Shown: positions 37,296 through 46,562 of the stretch, one piece after another
Layout of the letters: every line of letters starts with the position of its first letter
Position numbering within the stretch: position 1 is the first letter of the stretch
NCBI GenBank assembly: GCA_001771935.1
Contig: MERD01000071.1
Location: forward strand, 50,148 to 114,147
Reading direction: 5' to 3'
DNA length: 64,000 nucleotides
Source of the DNA: Betaproteobacteria bacterium RIFCSPLOWO2_02_FULL_67_26
GTDB taxonomy: Bacteria > Pseudomonadota > Gammaproteobacteria > Burkholderiales > SG8-41
Notes under the pieces: model-generated
What the model saw: only the letters and a program-made list of their open reading frames with translations
What the model was told of the DNA's origin: nothing
Database searches by the model: none
Position numbers and translations under genes: made by a program

Positions 37296-37898
37296 ATGCC
37301 CCGGGATCCCGGCCGCAATGACCGGCGCAGCCGCATCGCGCATCTCGCCGCGCGGCTGATGGCCGAGGACGGCATCGAGGACTACGCTCTCGCCAAGCGC
37401 AAGGCCGCGCGCCAGGCCGGGGCGCCGGACACGCGCGAGCTGCCGACCAATGACGAGATCGACGCCGAGCTGAAGACCTATCAGCAGATCTACCACCGGG
37501 AAGAACATGGCAACCGGCTGCGTGAATTGCGCGAGATTGCCCTGCGGGCGATGCGGGAACTGGCCCAATTCGATCCGCATCTGACCGGCTCGGTGCTGAA
37601 CGGCAACGCGGGCAAGTACGCCGACATCAACCTGCAGCTCTACACCGATAACGCCAAGGCGGTCGAGCTCTTTCTCATTGACCGGGGCATCCCGTATCAT
37701 GCCGCGCAGAGTCGGCTCTATGCCGGCGCCGACCCCCAGACCGTGCCGGTTTACACGGTGGTCGACGACGGAACCGAGATCGAGCTAACCGTGCTCGCAA
37801 CACGGGACCTGCGCGGTCCGGTGAGGACCAGCCTCGAAGGAAAGGCGATCGAGCGCGCCAGGCTGCCGGCAGTCGAGCAGTTGCTGGCGCAGATTTGA
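37296..37898 (+). CDS. Hypothetical protein (possible degenerate Pol-beta-type nucleotidyltransferase fold)
   Basis: 200 aa starting 8 nt after the ponA stop. The LTGSVLNGNAGKYADINLQLY segment resembles the GS-x10-D-x-D NTase signature but reads D-x-N. Confidence 0.5.
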   Translation: MPRDPGRNDRRSRIAHLAARLMAEDGIEDYALAKRKAARQAGAPDTRELPTNDEIDAELKTYQQIYHREEHGNRLRELREIALRAMRELAQFDPHLTGSVLNGNAGKYADINLQLYTDNAKAVELFLIDRGIPYHAAQSRLYAGADPQTVPVYTVVDDGTEIELTVLATRDLRGPVRTSLEGKAIERARLPAVEQLLAQI

Positions 37899-37932
37899 GC
37901 CCGCCCGCCCGCCCGGGCTGAAGCGTGGTTGA

Positions 37933-38940
<1,008 letters not shown>

Positions 38941-38985
38941 CTACTAACCTTTTGAAGAGCCATGACATTTTTGTGCGGCGGGCGG

Positions 38986-39013
38986 GGAACTCCTGGTTAT
39001 TATAGCCGTCTTA
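38986..39013 (+). promoter_or_regulatory. ECF/sigmaE-like promoter candidate (GGAACTC-N16-TCTTA)
   Basis: GAACTC at 38987-92 and TCTTA at 39009-13 with a 16-nt spacer, compared by eye to the RpoE/AlgU consensus GAACTT-N16/17-TC..A. Confidence 0.25.
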
Positions 39014-39019
39014 TTTTGC

Positions 39020-39128
39020 AGACGATGCTGAATCGTCTCCCGCTTCACCTCCCTGAGCGGGTGCCTTAATCCTAGTTAAGGCTTTTGCCCCCGGTTTTAC
39101 TCCCCTTTAACCGGGGGTTTTTTATTTT
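39020..39128 (+). ncRNA. Candidate small structured RNA (about 105 nt) ending in an intrinsic terminator
   Basis: Three perfect hairpins (39020-38, 39039-61, 39063-82) plus a terminator hairpin and U-tract, on the plus strand only. No plus-strand CDS lies upstream. Confidence 0.35.
39088..39128 (+). terminator. Intrinsic terminator (9-bp GC stem + T-run)
   Basis: CCCCCGGTT (39088-96) / AACCGGGGG (39109-17) followed by TTTTTTATTTT. The minus strand has no T-run after the stem. Confidence 0.7.
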
Positions 39129-39288
39129 CCGAAGCGCCGCGGGCTTGCACCGCGCCTGGCGCGCGGATCGGCCGGTGATTGCGTCCTAGGTTATTGTTAT
39201 TCAGCCGGAAACTGGCGCACGCCCAAGGGCTTGGCTACAATACGCCTTCCATTCGATAGCACGCGGTAAACAGAAGGCACTTCCCCGC

Positions 39289-39927
39289 ATGAATTTCCGC
39301 TGGCCGATCACGCTGCTTGCCGGGTTGCTCATGACGTCTGCCGCCGCGGCCCAGGGCTCGCCGAAGGCGGACGACTTGTCGAAAGGGCAGCAGATCGCGA
39401 GCCAGGTATGCGCGGCGTGCCATGCCGCCGACGGCAACAGCACTCAGGCCGCCAATCCTGTGCTCGCCGGCCAGCACGCCGAATATACCTTGAAGCAGCT
39501 CCAGAATTTCAGGCCACAGGGCGGCAAGCCGGCGGAGCGGCCGAATCCGGTGATGGCGGGGATGGTGGCGAGTCTGTCGACCGATGACATGCGCAACCTC
39601 GCTGCCTATTTCGAAACCCAGAAGCCCAAGCTCAGGGCGGCCCGTGATCCGGCGCTGGTCAAGGTCGGGCAGGCGATTTACCGCGGTGGCGTACTATCCA
39701 GGAACGTGGCGGCGTGCACGGCATGTCATGGTCCCGACGGCGCTGGCGTGCCGGCCCAGTTCCCGCGGCTCGCGGGGCAGTTTTCCGAGTACGTTGCGGC
39801 GCAGTTGCGGGCGTTTCGCTCCGGCGAACGCGCCAACGATCCCAATCGCACCATGCGCGCCGTGGCCGAGAAGCTCTCGGATCGGGAAATCGCGGCGGTC
39901 TCGGAATACATTTCCGGGCTGCGCTAG
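39289..39927 (+). CDS. Dihaem cytochrome c4
   Basis: Signal peptide and two CxxCH motifs (CAACHAADG, CTACHGPDG), each followed by a distal Met region. Confidence 0.9.
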   Translation: MNFRWPITLLAGLLMTSAAAAQGSPKADDLSKGQQIASQVCAACHAADGNSTQAANPVLAGQHAEYTLKQLQNFRPQGGKPAERPNPVMAGMVASLSTDDMRNLAAYFETQKPKLRAARDPALVKVGQAIYRGGVLSRNVAACTACHGPDGAGVPAQFPRLAGQFSEYVAAQLRAFRSGERANDPNRTMRAVAEKLSDREIAAVSEYISGLR

Positions 39928-39961
39928 ACTCCGCCCGGCCTGCGGCGGCACGCCGCCCGCG

Positions 39962-41245
39962 TCAGGCGCGGAGTTCAGCGATCACCCGGGCGGCCGCGGC
40001 GACGGTCTTGTCGATCTCGGCGGCGCCGTGCGCCGACGAAACGAAGCCGGCCTCGTACGGAGAGGGCGCGAAGTACACCCCCGCGGCGAGCATCGCGTGG
40101 AAAAAACGGTTGAACGCTTCCTTGTCGCACTGCAGGACCTCGGCGTAGCTTGCGGGCGGGGTCTCGCGAAAATAAATTCCAAACATGCCGCCGACGCTCG
40201 CCGCGGCGAGTGGCACCCCGTGCTGCTGCGCGCAGCGCGCCAGGCCCTCGCATAGCGCACGCGCGGTTGCCGCCAGCCGGTCGAAAAATCCGGGCGCCTG
40301 GATGAGCTTGAGCGTCGCCAGCCCCGCGGCAACCGCGACCGGATTCCCGGAGAGCGTGCCGGCCTGATAGACGGGACCCAGGGGCGCGATCGCCTTCATG
40401 ATGTCGCGCCGGCCGCCGAAGGCACCCACGGGCATGCCGCCGCCCATCACCTTGCCGAGCGTGGTGAGGTCGGGCTGGATGCCGTAGAGCGCCTGGGCGC
40501 CGCCCAGGGCGACGCGGAAGCCGGTCATGACCTCGTCGAAAATCAGCACGGCGCCGTAGCGCGTGCAGAGGCCACGCAAGGTCTCGAGAAAGCCGGGACG
40601 CGGCGCGACCAGGTTCATGTTGCCGGCAACCGGCTCCACGATCACCGCGGCGATGGCGGCGCCTTCGCGCTCGAAGGCCCGTTCCAATGCGATCTCGTTG
40701 TTATATTCGAGCACCAGGGTGTGGGCCGCGGTTGATTCGGGGACGCCGGCCGAGGACGGCTGGCCGAACGTGAGCGCGCCGGATCCTGCCTTGACCAGCA
40801 GCGCGTCGGCGTGGCCGTGGTAGCAGCCCTCGAATTTCACGATCTTGTCCCGACCGGTGTGGCCGCGTGCAAGGCGGATCGCGCTCATCGTCGCCTCGGT
40901 TCCCGAGGACACGAGACGGACCTGCTCGAGCGACGGCACGAGCCGGCACAGCAGCTCCGCCATCTCGACTTCCTGCTCGGTGGGCGCGCCGAACGACAGG
41001 CCGCGCGCGGCTGCCTGCTCGACCGCCTTCACCACCTCGGGATGGGCGTGACCGACGATGAGGGGACCCCACGAGCCGACGTAGTCGATGTAGGCCCGGC
41101 CGTCGGCGTCCCACACCCGCGCGCCCTTGCCGCGCTGGATGAAGAGCGGCGTGCCGCCCACCGAGCGAAACGCCCGCACCGGCGAATTGACGCCGGCTGG
41201 AATGCAAAGCTGGGCGCGCTGGAACAGTTTCTGGCTGCGCTTCAT
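39962..41245 (-). CDS. hemL: Glutamate-1-semialdehyde 2,1-aminomutase
   Basis: ATG at 41245 ([31 protein letters not shown]) gives 427 aa. The track ORF over-extends to 41545. Confidence 0.97.
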   Translation of the reverse strand: MKRSQKLFQRAQLCIPAGVNSPVRAFRSVGGTPLFIQRGKGARVWDADGRAYIDYVGSWGPLIVGHAHPEVVKAVEQAAARGLSFGAPTEQEVEMAELLCRLVPSLEQVRLVSSGTEATMSAIRLARGHTGRDKIVKFEGCYHGHADALLVKAGSGALTFGQPSSAGVPESTAAHTLVLEYNNEIALERAFEREGAAIAAVIVEPVAGNMNLVAPRPGFLETLRGLCTRYGAVLIFDEVMTGFRVALGGAQALYGIQPDLTTLGKVMGGGMPVGAFGGRRDIMKAIAPLGPVYQAGTLSGNPVAVAAGLATLKLIQAPGFFDRLAATARALCEGLARCAQQHGVPLAAASVGGMFGIYFRETPPASYAEVLQCDKEAFNRFFHAMLAAGVYFAPSPYEAGFVSSAHGAAEIDKTVAAAARVIAELRA

Positions 41246-41261
41246 GGCGGGTTGAATGGTA

Positions 41262-41888
41262 TCAACTCCGGGGAAAGAGCGCGTCGAATAGCCGGGCCGC
41301 GGCACGGATGTCGGGCACCCCGAATACCGCCGAGATGACCGCAACGCCATCGGCGCCGGCCGCGATGAGTTGCGGCGCGTTGTCGGGTGTGATGCCTCCG
41401 ATCGCCACCACCGGCAGCGCCAGCCGCTGTTTCGCCTCTTGCAGCAACGCGAGCGGGGCACGCACCGCCCCGGGTTTGACGCTGGACGGGAAGAAACCGC
41501 CGAAAGCAACGTAGTCCGCGCCGTCGCGCGCGGCGGCGAGCGCATTGTCGAGCCGGTTGTAGCAGGACGCGCCCAGCAGCTTGCCGGGACCGAGTCTCAA
41601 ACGCGCGGCGGCGAGCGCGCCATCCCCGGAACCCAGATGCAGTCCATCGGCATCCAGTTCGGCCGCGAGGTCGAGATCGTCGTTGATGATGAGCGGAACG
41701 CGGCGTTCCCGGCACCGCGCGAGGAGGGCACGCCCCTGCTCGAGCCGCAACGCCGCGCCCGCGGACTTGTTGCGATACTGCAGCACGCGCGCGCCGCCCG
41801 CCAGCGCCGCCTCGACCTTCGCCAGCAGCTCGGCGGTATCGGCGAGGTCGGGCGTGACGGCGTAAAGTCCGGAGATCCTGGGCTTCAC
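41262..41888 (-). CDS. thiE: Thiamine-phosphate synthase
   Basis: 208 aa with GLYAVTPD...LQYRNK...DGLHLG...VAIGGI motifs. Confidence 0.93.
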   Translation of the reverse strand: MKPRISGLYAVTPDLADTAELLAKVEAALAGGARVLQYRNKSAGAALRLEQGRALLARCRERRVPLIINDDLDLAAELDADGLHLGSGDGALAAARLRLGPGKLLGASCYNRLDNALAAARDGADYVAFGGFFPSSVKPGAVRAPLALLQEAKQRLALPVVAIGGITPDNAPQLIAAGADGVAVISAVFGVPDIRAAARLFDALFPRS

Positions 41889-42724
41889 GCCTCGCCGCTG
41901 CCGCCGCCAGCCCGCTCCTCATCGCGCGCCCAGAACAGCCGGTCCGGAATGTGCTGTCCCATGCCGGGACGAAACGCCGCCTTCAGCGTCTGCCAGGTGT
42001 ACTCCTGGGCATCCTTCACCGCGTCGCTCACCTCGAGCCCGTTGGCGATGGTGGCCGCAATCGCGGAGGCGAGCGTGCAGCCCGAGCCGTGGTAGGCGCC
42101 GGGCAGGCGCTGCCACGAATCGCTGCGCACCACGCCGTTCTGCGCGTAGAGGGTGTTGACGACCTCGGTGGTGTTCTCGTGCGTGCCGGTGACGAGGACG
42201 TACTCGCAGCCGGTCGCGATGATCCGCCGCGCGCACTCGGCGAGCGGCGGACCATCGCCTTCCTCGCCTTCCTCGGCGGCGAGCCGCCGCGCCTCCAGGC
42301 TGTTGGGGGTCAATATGGTGGTCTGGGGAATCAGCAGCTCGCGCAGCGCGCCCACCATCTCCTCGGTAACGAGCTCGTCGCCGCGGCCCGAGGCGAGCAC
42401 CGGGTCGAGCACCAGCGGCACCTCGGGGTAGTCGGACACCACTTCCGCGATCGCAGCGATCTGCTCGAGGTTGCCCAGCAGCCCGACTTTGAAGGCGGCG
42501 ACCGGCATGTCCTCCAGAACGCAGCGCGCCTGGTCGATGACCCATTCGGCATCGATGGGGCTGACGTCGTCCACGCCCATGGTGTCCTGGATGGTGACGG
42601 CGGTCACCACCGAGAGCGGATGGCAACCCATGCTCGTCAACGTCATGATGTCCGCCTGCAGCCCTGCGCCGCCGCTCGGATCGGTCGCGGCAAACACCAG
42701 GACAATGGGCGGCAGGTCGGGCAT
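41885..42724 (-). CDS. thiD: Hydroxymethylpyrimidine/phosphomethylpyrimidine kinase
   Basis: ATG at 42724 (MPDLPPIVLVFAATDPSGGAGLQADI...) gives 279 aa, with GSGCTLASAI and an ATGA overlap with thiE. The track ORF to 43900 over-extends. Confidence 0.93.
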   Translation of the reverse strand: MPDLPPIVLVFAATDPSGGAGLQADIMTLTSMGCHPLSVVTAVTIQDTMGVDDVSPIDAEWVIDQARCVLEDMPVAAFKVGLLGNLEQIAAIAEVVSDYPEVPLVLDPVLASGRGDELVTEEMVGALRELLIPQTTILTPNSLEARRLAAEEGEEGDGPPLAECARRIIATGCEYVLVTGTHENTTEVVNTLYAQNGVVRSDSWQRLPGAYHGSGCTLASAIAATIANGLEVSDAVKDAQEYTWQTLKAAFRPGMGQHIPDRLFWARDEERAGGGSGEA

Positions 42725-42808
42725 GCGTTGGGGAGAAGGAACCCGCGCGATTGGTCGCGGGCGGGGCGATTGGATAGAATTGAATTCTAGCTTAAATCGG
42801 ATGAGGGC

Positions 42809-42997
42809 ATGAGCACGGCTGACACCCATGTTTACAAAACGTACATGTGCCTGATCTGCGGTTTCCTCTACGATGAAGCGGCTGGACTGCCCGAGGAGGG
42901 TATCGCGCCGGGAACACGCTGGGAAGACGTGCCGCCGAACTGGACCTGCCCGGAATGCGGCGCGCGCAAGGAGGATTTCGAGATGGTGGAGGTCTAG
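42809..42997 (+). CDS. Rubredoxin
   Basis: [10 protein letters not shown] ... [14 protein letters not shown] provides two CxxC pairs. A later start is possible. Confidence 0.9.
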   Translation: MSTADTHVYKTYMCLICGFLYDEAAGLPEEGIAPGTRWEDVPPNWTCPECGARKEDFEMVEV

Positions 42998-43003
42998 AAG
43001 CGC

Positions 43004-43393
43004 ATGCGCCTGTTGCACACCATGATCCGCGTCGGCGACCTGCAGCGCGCGATCGATTTCTACACCCAGGTGCTCGGCATGCGGCTGCTGCGCAAGACCG
43101 ATTACCCGGGCGGCCGTTTCACCAACGCCTTCGTCGGCTACGACGAGGAGTCGAAGGCGGCGGTGCTCGAGCTCACGCACAACTGGGACACGAAGTCCTA
43201 CGACCTGGGCAGCGGCTACGGCCACGTGGCGATCGAGGTCGAGGATGCCTACCGGGCGTGCGCCGACGTGAAAGCGCGCGGCGGCAAGGTCACGCGCGAG
43301 GCCGGGCCCATGAAGCACGGCACTACGGTGATCGCCTTCGTCGAGGACCCCGACGGCTACAAGATCGAGCTGATCCAGCGCAAGACCGGCTAG
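43004..43393 (+). CDS. gloA: Lactoylglutathione lyase (glyoxalase I)
   Basis: 129 aa with [26 protein letters not shown]...GYGHVAIEV...YKIELIQ. Confidence 0.95.
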   Translation: MRLLHTMIRVGDLQRAIDFYTQVLGMRLLRKTDYPGGRFTNAFVGYDEESKAAVLELTHNWDTKSYDLGSGYGHVAIEVEDAYRACADVKARGGKVTREAGPMKHGTTVIAFVEDPDGYKIELIQRKTG

Positions 43394-44184
43394 GGCTTTG
43401 CAGGCGCTGCGGCCGGCGACAGGGTGGCGGCGTCCGCCAGCCGCACGAAGTCCGCAATGCTCAAATCCTGCGCGCGCAGGCCGCCATCCATGCCGAGCCG
43501 CTCGAAGTCCCCGGCCGTGAAATAGCCCCCCAGCGCGTTGCGCAGGATCTTGCGGCGCTGGGAAAACGCGGCGGCGACGATCTTGCCGAGGCAGCGTTCG
43601 TCGCGCGCGGTATGCGGCAGGCGCGCGAACGGCGCCAACCGCACCACCGCCGACTCGACCCTGGGCGCGGGCCGGAACGCGCCCGCCGGCACCTCGAGGA
43701 CGCGTTCCATCTCGAAACGGTACTGGAGCATCACCGACAGACGCCCGTACTCGGCGGTGGAGGGCGTGGCGACCATGCGCGCCACCACTTCCTTCTGCAG
43801 CATGACGTGGATATCCCGGATCGCGCCGGCGTGCCGCGCGAGGTGGAACAGCAGCGGCGTGGAAATGTTGTACGGAAGATTCCCGACCACGCGCAACCAC
43901 GCGCCCAGCGCGCTGAAGTCGAACCGGAGGGCATCGCCTTCGTGCACCGTCACGCGCGCTGGTGGAAACGCGGTCCGCAGGCGCGCGGTGATGTCACGGT
44001 CGATCTCGACGACGTGCAGGTGATCGAGCCGCGCGGCGAGCGGCCGGGTAAGCGCCCCGAGTCCCGGACCGATTTCCACCATGAGATCGCGGGATTGCGG
44101 CGCGACGGCGGCGACGATGGCGGCGATGACGGCGTCGTCGACCAGGAAGTTCTGGCCGAAACGCTTGCGGGGGACATGACGCAT
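43390..44184 (-). CDS. rsmA: 16S rRNA (adenine1518/1519-N6)-dimethyltransferase
   Basis: The [11 protein letters not shown]-terminus and the SAM motif [11 protein letters not shown]. Confidence 0.95.
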   Translation of the reverse strand: MRHVPRKRFGQNFLVDDAVIAAIVAAVAPQSRDLMVEIGPGLGALTRPLAARLDHLHVVEIDRDITARLRTAFPPARVTVHEGDALRFDFSALGAWLRVVGNLPYNISTPLLFHLARHAGAIRDIHVMLQKEVVARMVATPSTAEYGRLSVMLQYRFEMERVLEVPAGAFRPAPRVESAVVRLAPFARLPHTARDERCLGKIVAAAFSQRRKILRNALGGYFTAGDFERLGMDGGLRAQDLSIADFVRLADAATLSPAAAPAKP

Positions 44185-44205
44185 GAGGCCGTCCGCCGCC
44201 GCTGG

Positions 44206-45204
44206 TCAAGCTGCCCGCTGTTTCCGGCCGCGGCCGCGCGCGGCGAGCGCCGCCGCGAGCTTGATCGCCTCGATCAGGCTGCCGACCTCCGCCCGCCCGG
44301 TAGCGGCGAGATCGAGCGCGGTGCCGTGGTCGACCGAGGTGCGGATGATGGGCAGGCCGAGCGTGACGTTCACGCCGGCGCCGAAGCTTGCGTACTTGAG
44401 CACCGGCAGCCCCTGGTCGTGGTACATCGCGAGCACGCAATCGCACGCCGCGAGCCGCCTGCGGTTGAACAGGGTGTCCGCGGGCAGCGGCCCCTCGAGA
44501 TCGAACCCCGCGCGGCGCAGCTTCGCAAGCACCGGGGCGATGATCTCGGTCTCCTCGCTTCCCAGGAAACCGGATTCCCCGGCATGGGGATTCAAGCCTG
44601 CGACGAGGATGCGCGGACGGGGGAGCGCGAAGCGCGTGGCGAGGTCGTGCCGCAGCACGCGCAAGGTCTGCTCCAGGCTCTCGCGCGTGATGTGGCGCGC
44701 GACATCCTTCAGGGCGAGGTGAGTGGTGGCGAGAGCGACCCGCATGCCGCCGCCCACGAGCATCATCACCACGTGCCGCGCGCCGGTGTGCGCGGCGAGA
44801 AATTCGGTGTGGCCGGTGAACGCGATGCCGGCCGAGAGGATGACGCTCTTGTGCAGCGGTGCCGTGACCATCGCGGCGTAGACGCCATCGCGGCAGCCGT
44901 CGGCGGCGGCCTCCAGCGTGCGCAGCACGTAGCGGCTGTTGGCGGGATCGAGCCGTCCCGGCACGGCTGGGCGCGCGAGCGGCTGGTGATGCACCCAGAG
45001 CGTGCCGGCGCGAGGCTTCGCCGGGGCCGGCGGGAATTCCGCCAGCCGGAGTGGCACGCGCAGCCGGCGCGCGCGCTCCGCGATCAACTCCCGGTCGGCC
45101 ACCACCACGATGCGCGCCGGCAGGCGCCGGCTCGCAAGCGCGATGCACAGGTCGGGCCCGATACCGGCAGGCTCGCCCGCCGTGACCGCGATCAACGGCG
45201 GCAC
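44206..45204 (-). CDS. pdxA: 4-hydroxythreonine-4-phosphate dehydrogenase
   Basis: GTG at 45204 ((M)PPLIAVTAGEPAGIGPDL) gives 332 aa, with HTEFL and TSVDHGTA motifs. The start overlaps the surA stop by 1 nt. Confidence 0.93.
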   Translation of the reverse strand: MPPLIAVTAGEPAGIGPDLCIALASRRLPARIVVVADRELIAERARRLRVPLRLAEFPPAPAKPRAGTLWVHHQPLARPAVPGRLDPANSRYVLRTLEAAADGCRDGVYAAMVTAPLHKSVILSAGIAFTGHTEFLAAHTGARHVVMMLVGGGMRVALATTHLALKDVARHITRESLEQTLRVLRHDLATRFALPRPRILVAGLNPHAGESGFLGSEETEIIAPVLAKLRRAGFDLEGPLPADTLFNRRRLAACDCVLAMYHDQGLPVLKYASFGAGVNVTLGLPIIRTSVDHGTALDLAATGRAEVGSLIEAIKLAAALAARGRGRKQRAA

Positions 45205-46562
45205 TAGCGCTCCTCGAGGCGGTACTCGATGTAGGCCCGGTCGCGCAGCTGCCGCACCCACTCCTGGTAGGACTCGTCGGACTTGCGCGCGCGCAGGATG
45301 CGCCGCGCCTCCAGCCGCTGGCGCTCGCGCGACATGTCCTCGTTGCGGCGCTCCAGCACCTGGATGAGGTGCCAGCCGAAGGGGGTCTTCACCGGCTCGC
45401 TGACCGCTCCCGGTGCGAGCGCGTCCATGGCGCGCTCGAATTCGGGCACGGTGTCGCCCGGCGACAGCCACCCGAGATCGCCGCCCCGGACATTGCTCGC
45501 GTCCTCGGAATGCCCGCGCGCCAAGTCCGCGAAGTCGCCCTTGTTGTCGAGGCGTTCCTTGAGGCTCACCAGCCGGCGCCGCGCCTCGGCTTCCGGGACC
45601 AGTTCGTTGGCCTTCATCAAGATGTGCCGTGCGTGGGTCTGGCGCACGATTACCGGGGCGGTCGAGCCGCGGCGCTCGTTCAGCTTCAGGATGTGAAAGC
45701 CGTTGGAACTGCGCAATGCGGGGGTAATGGCCCCGACCGCCAAGGATTTCAACGCATCCATGAACAGGGTCGGCAAGCGGTCGGCGTCGCGCCAGCCCAT
45801 GGAGCCGCCCTGCAGGGCGTCCGGCGCCTCGGAAAAGGCTGCTGCGACCTGCCGGAAATCGGCGCCCGACTTGAGTTGCTCGAGCGCCCGCTCGATGCGG
45901 GCGCGGCGGGCCTGGATCTGCTCCGGGCTGGCGTTCTCGGGCACGGTCACCAGGATATGCGAGAGGTTGAACTCGTCGCCGCGCCCCGCTTGCGCTTGCT
46001 GGGTGCCGATGAAGTTGTCGATTTCGCTTTCCGCCACCACGATCCGGTTGTCGACCTCGCGCTCCCGCAGCCGCGTCACGATGATCCGCGACCGGATGTC
46101 CTCGCGAAACTTGGAGTAGGGAATGCCGTCCTTTTCGATCACGGCGCGCAGCTGCGCCGGGGTGAGCTGGTTCTCCCGCGCGATGCGCTCCACCGCGCGG
46201 TCAAGCTCGGCATCATCCACGCGCAGTCCCGTCTCTCTGGCGAGGTGCAACTGCGCGCGGTCGGTGATCATGTGATCGAGAACCTGCCGTTCCAGCGCCG
46301 CCGACGGCGGGAGCGGCGCGCCCTGCTGTTTCAGTTGCATGGCCGCGAGACGGACACGCTCGTCGAGGTCGCCGCGCGTAATCACCTGGTCGTTCACCAC
46401 GGCCACGATGCGGTCGAGCACGATCACCTTGCGCGGCTGCGCCAGCGCCGGCGGCAGCGCCAGAACGAGGGCCAGCGCGACGGCCCACGCCGGCGCCTGC
46501 AAGACGAGGGCGTGGCGCGATGCGCGCGCGCGATCAGTAATAATACGGCGAGCGCGATTCAT
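45204..46562 (-). CDS. surA: Periplasmic chaperone / PPIase SurA
   Basis: Signal peptide, N-terminal chaperone domain and two parvulin domains (HILV..., HILM...GGDLGW). The ATG at 46562 overlaps the lptD 3' end by 29 nt, so the start is uncertain. Confidence 0.88.
   Translation of the reverse strand: MNRARRIITDRARASRHALVLQAPAWAVALALVLALPPALAQPRKVIVLDRIVAVVNDQVITRGDLDERVRLAAMQLKQQGAPLPPSAALERQVLDHMITDRAQLHLARETGLRVDDAELDRAVERIARENQLTPAQLRAVIEKDGIPYSKFREDIRSRIIVTRLREREVDNRIVVAESEIDNFIGTQQAQAGRGDEFNLSHILVTVPENASPEQIQARRARIERALEQLKSGADFRQVAAAFSEAPDALQGGSMGWRDADRLPTLFMDALKSLAVGAITPALRSSNGFHILKLNERRGSTAPVIVRQTHARHILMKANELVPEAEARRRLVSLKERLDNKGDFADLARGHSEDASNVRGGDLGWLSPGDTVPEFERAMDALAPGAVSEPVKTPFGWHLIQVLERRNEDMSRERQRLEARRILRARKSDESYQEWVRQLRDRAYIEYRLEER

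Noticed and set aside
38962-39069. 35-codon ORF (MTFLCGGRGTPGYYSRLILQTMLNRLPLHLPERVP) inside the candidate sRNA region.
   Set aside because: It has only a weak SD-like GAAGAG, no recognisable peptide features and no hydrophobic helix. The hairpin and terminator architecture explains the region better. I keep it as a minor alternative only.
42725-42808. Possible TPP (THI-box) riboswitch upstream of thiD-thiE.
   Set aside because: Reading the minus strand of the 84-nt spacer, I find neither the CUGAGA core nor the ACCUGAUCUGGAUAAUGCCAGCG-like core, and the spacer is too short for the aptamer plus expression platform.
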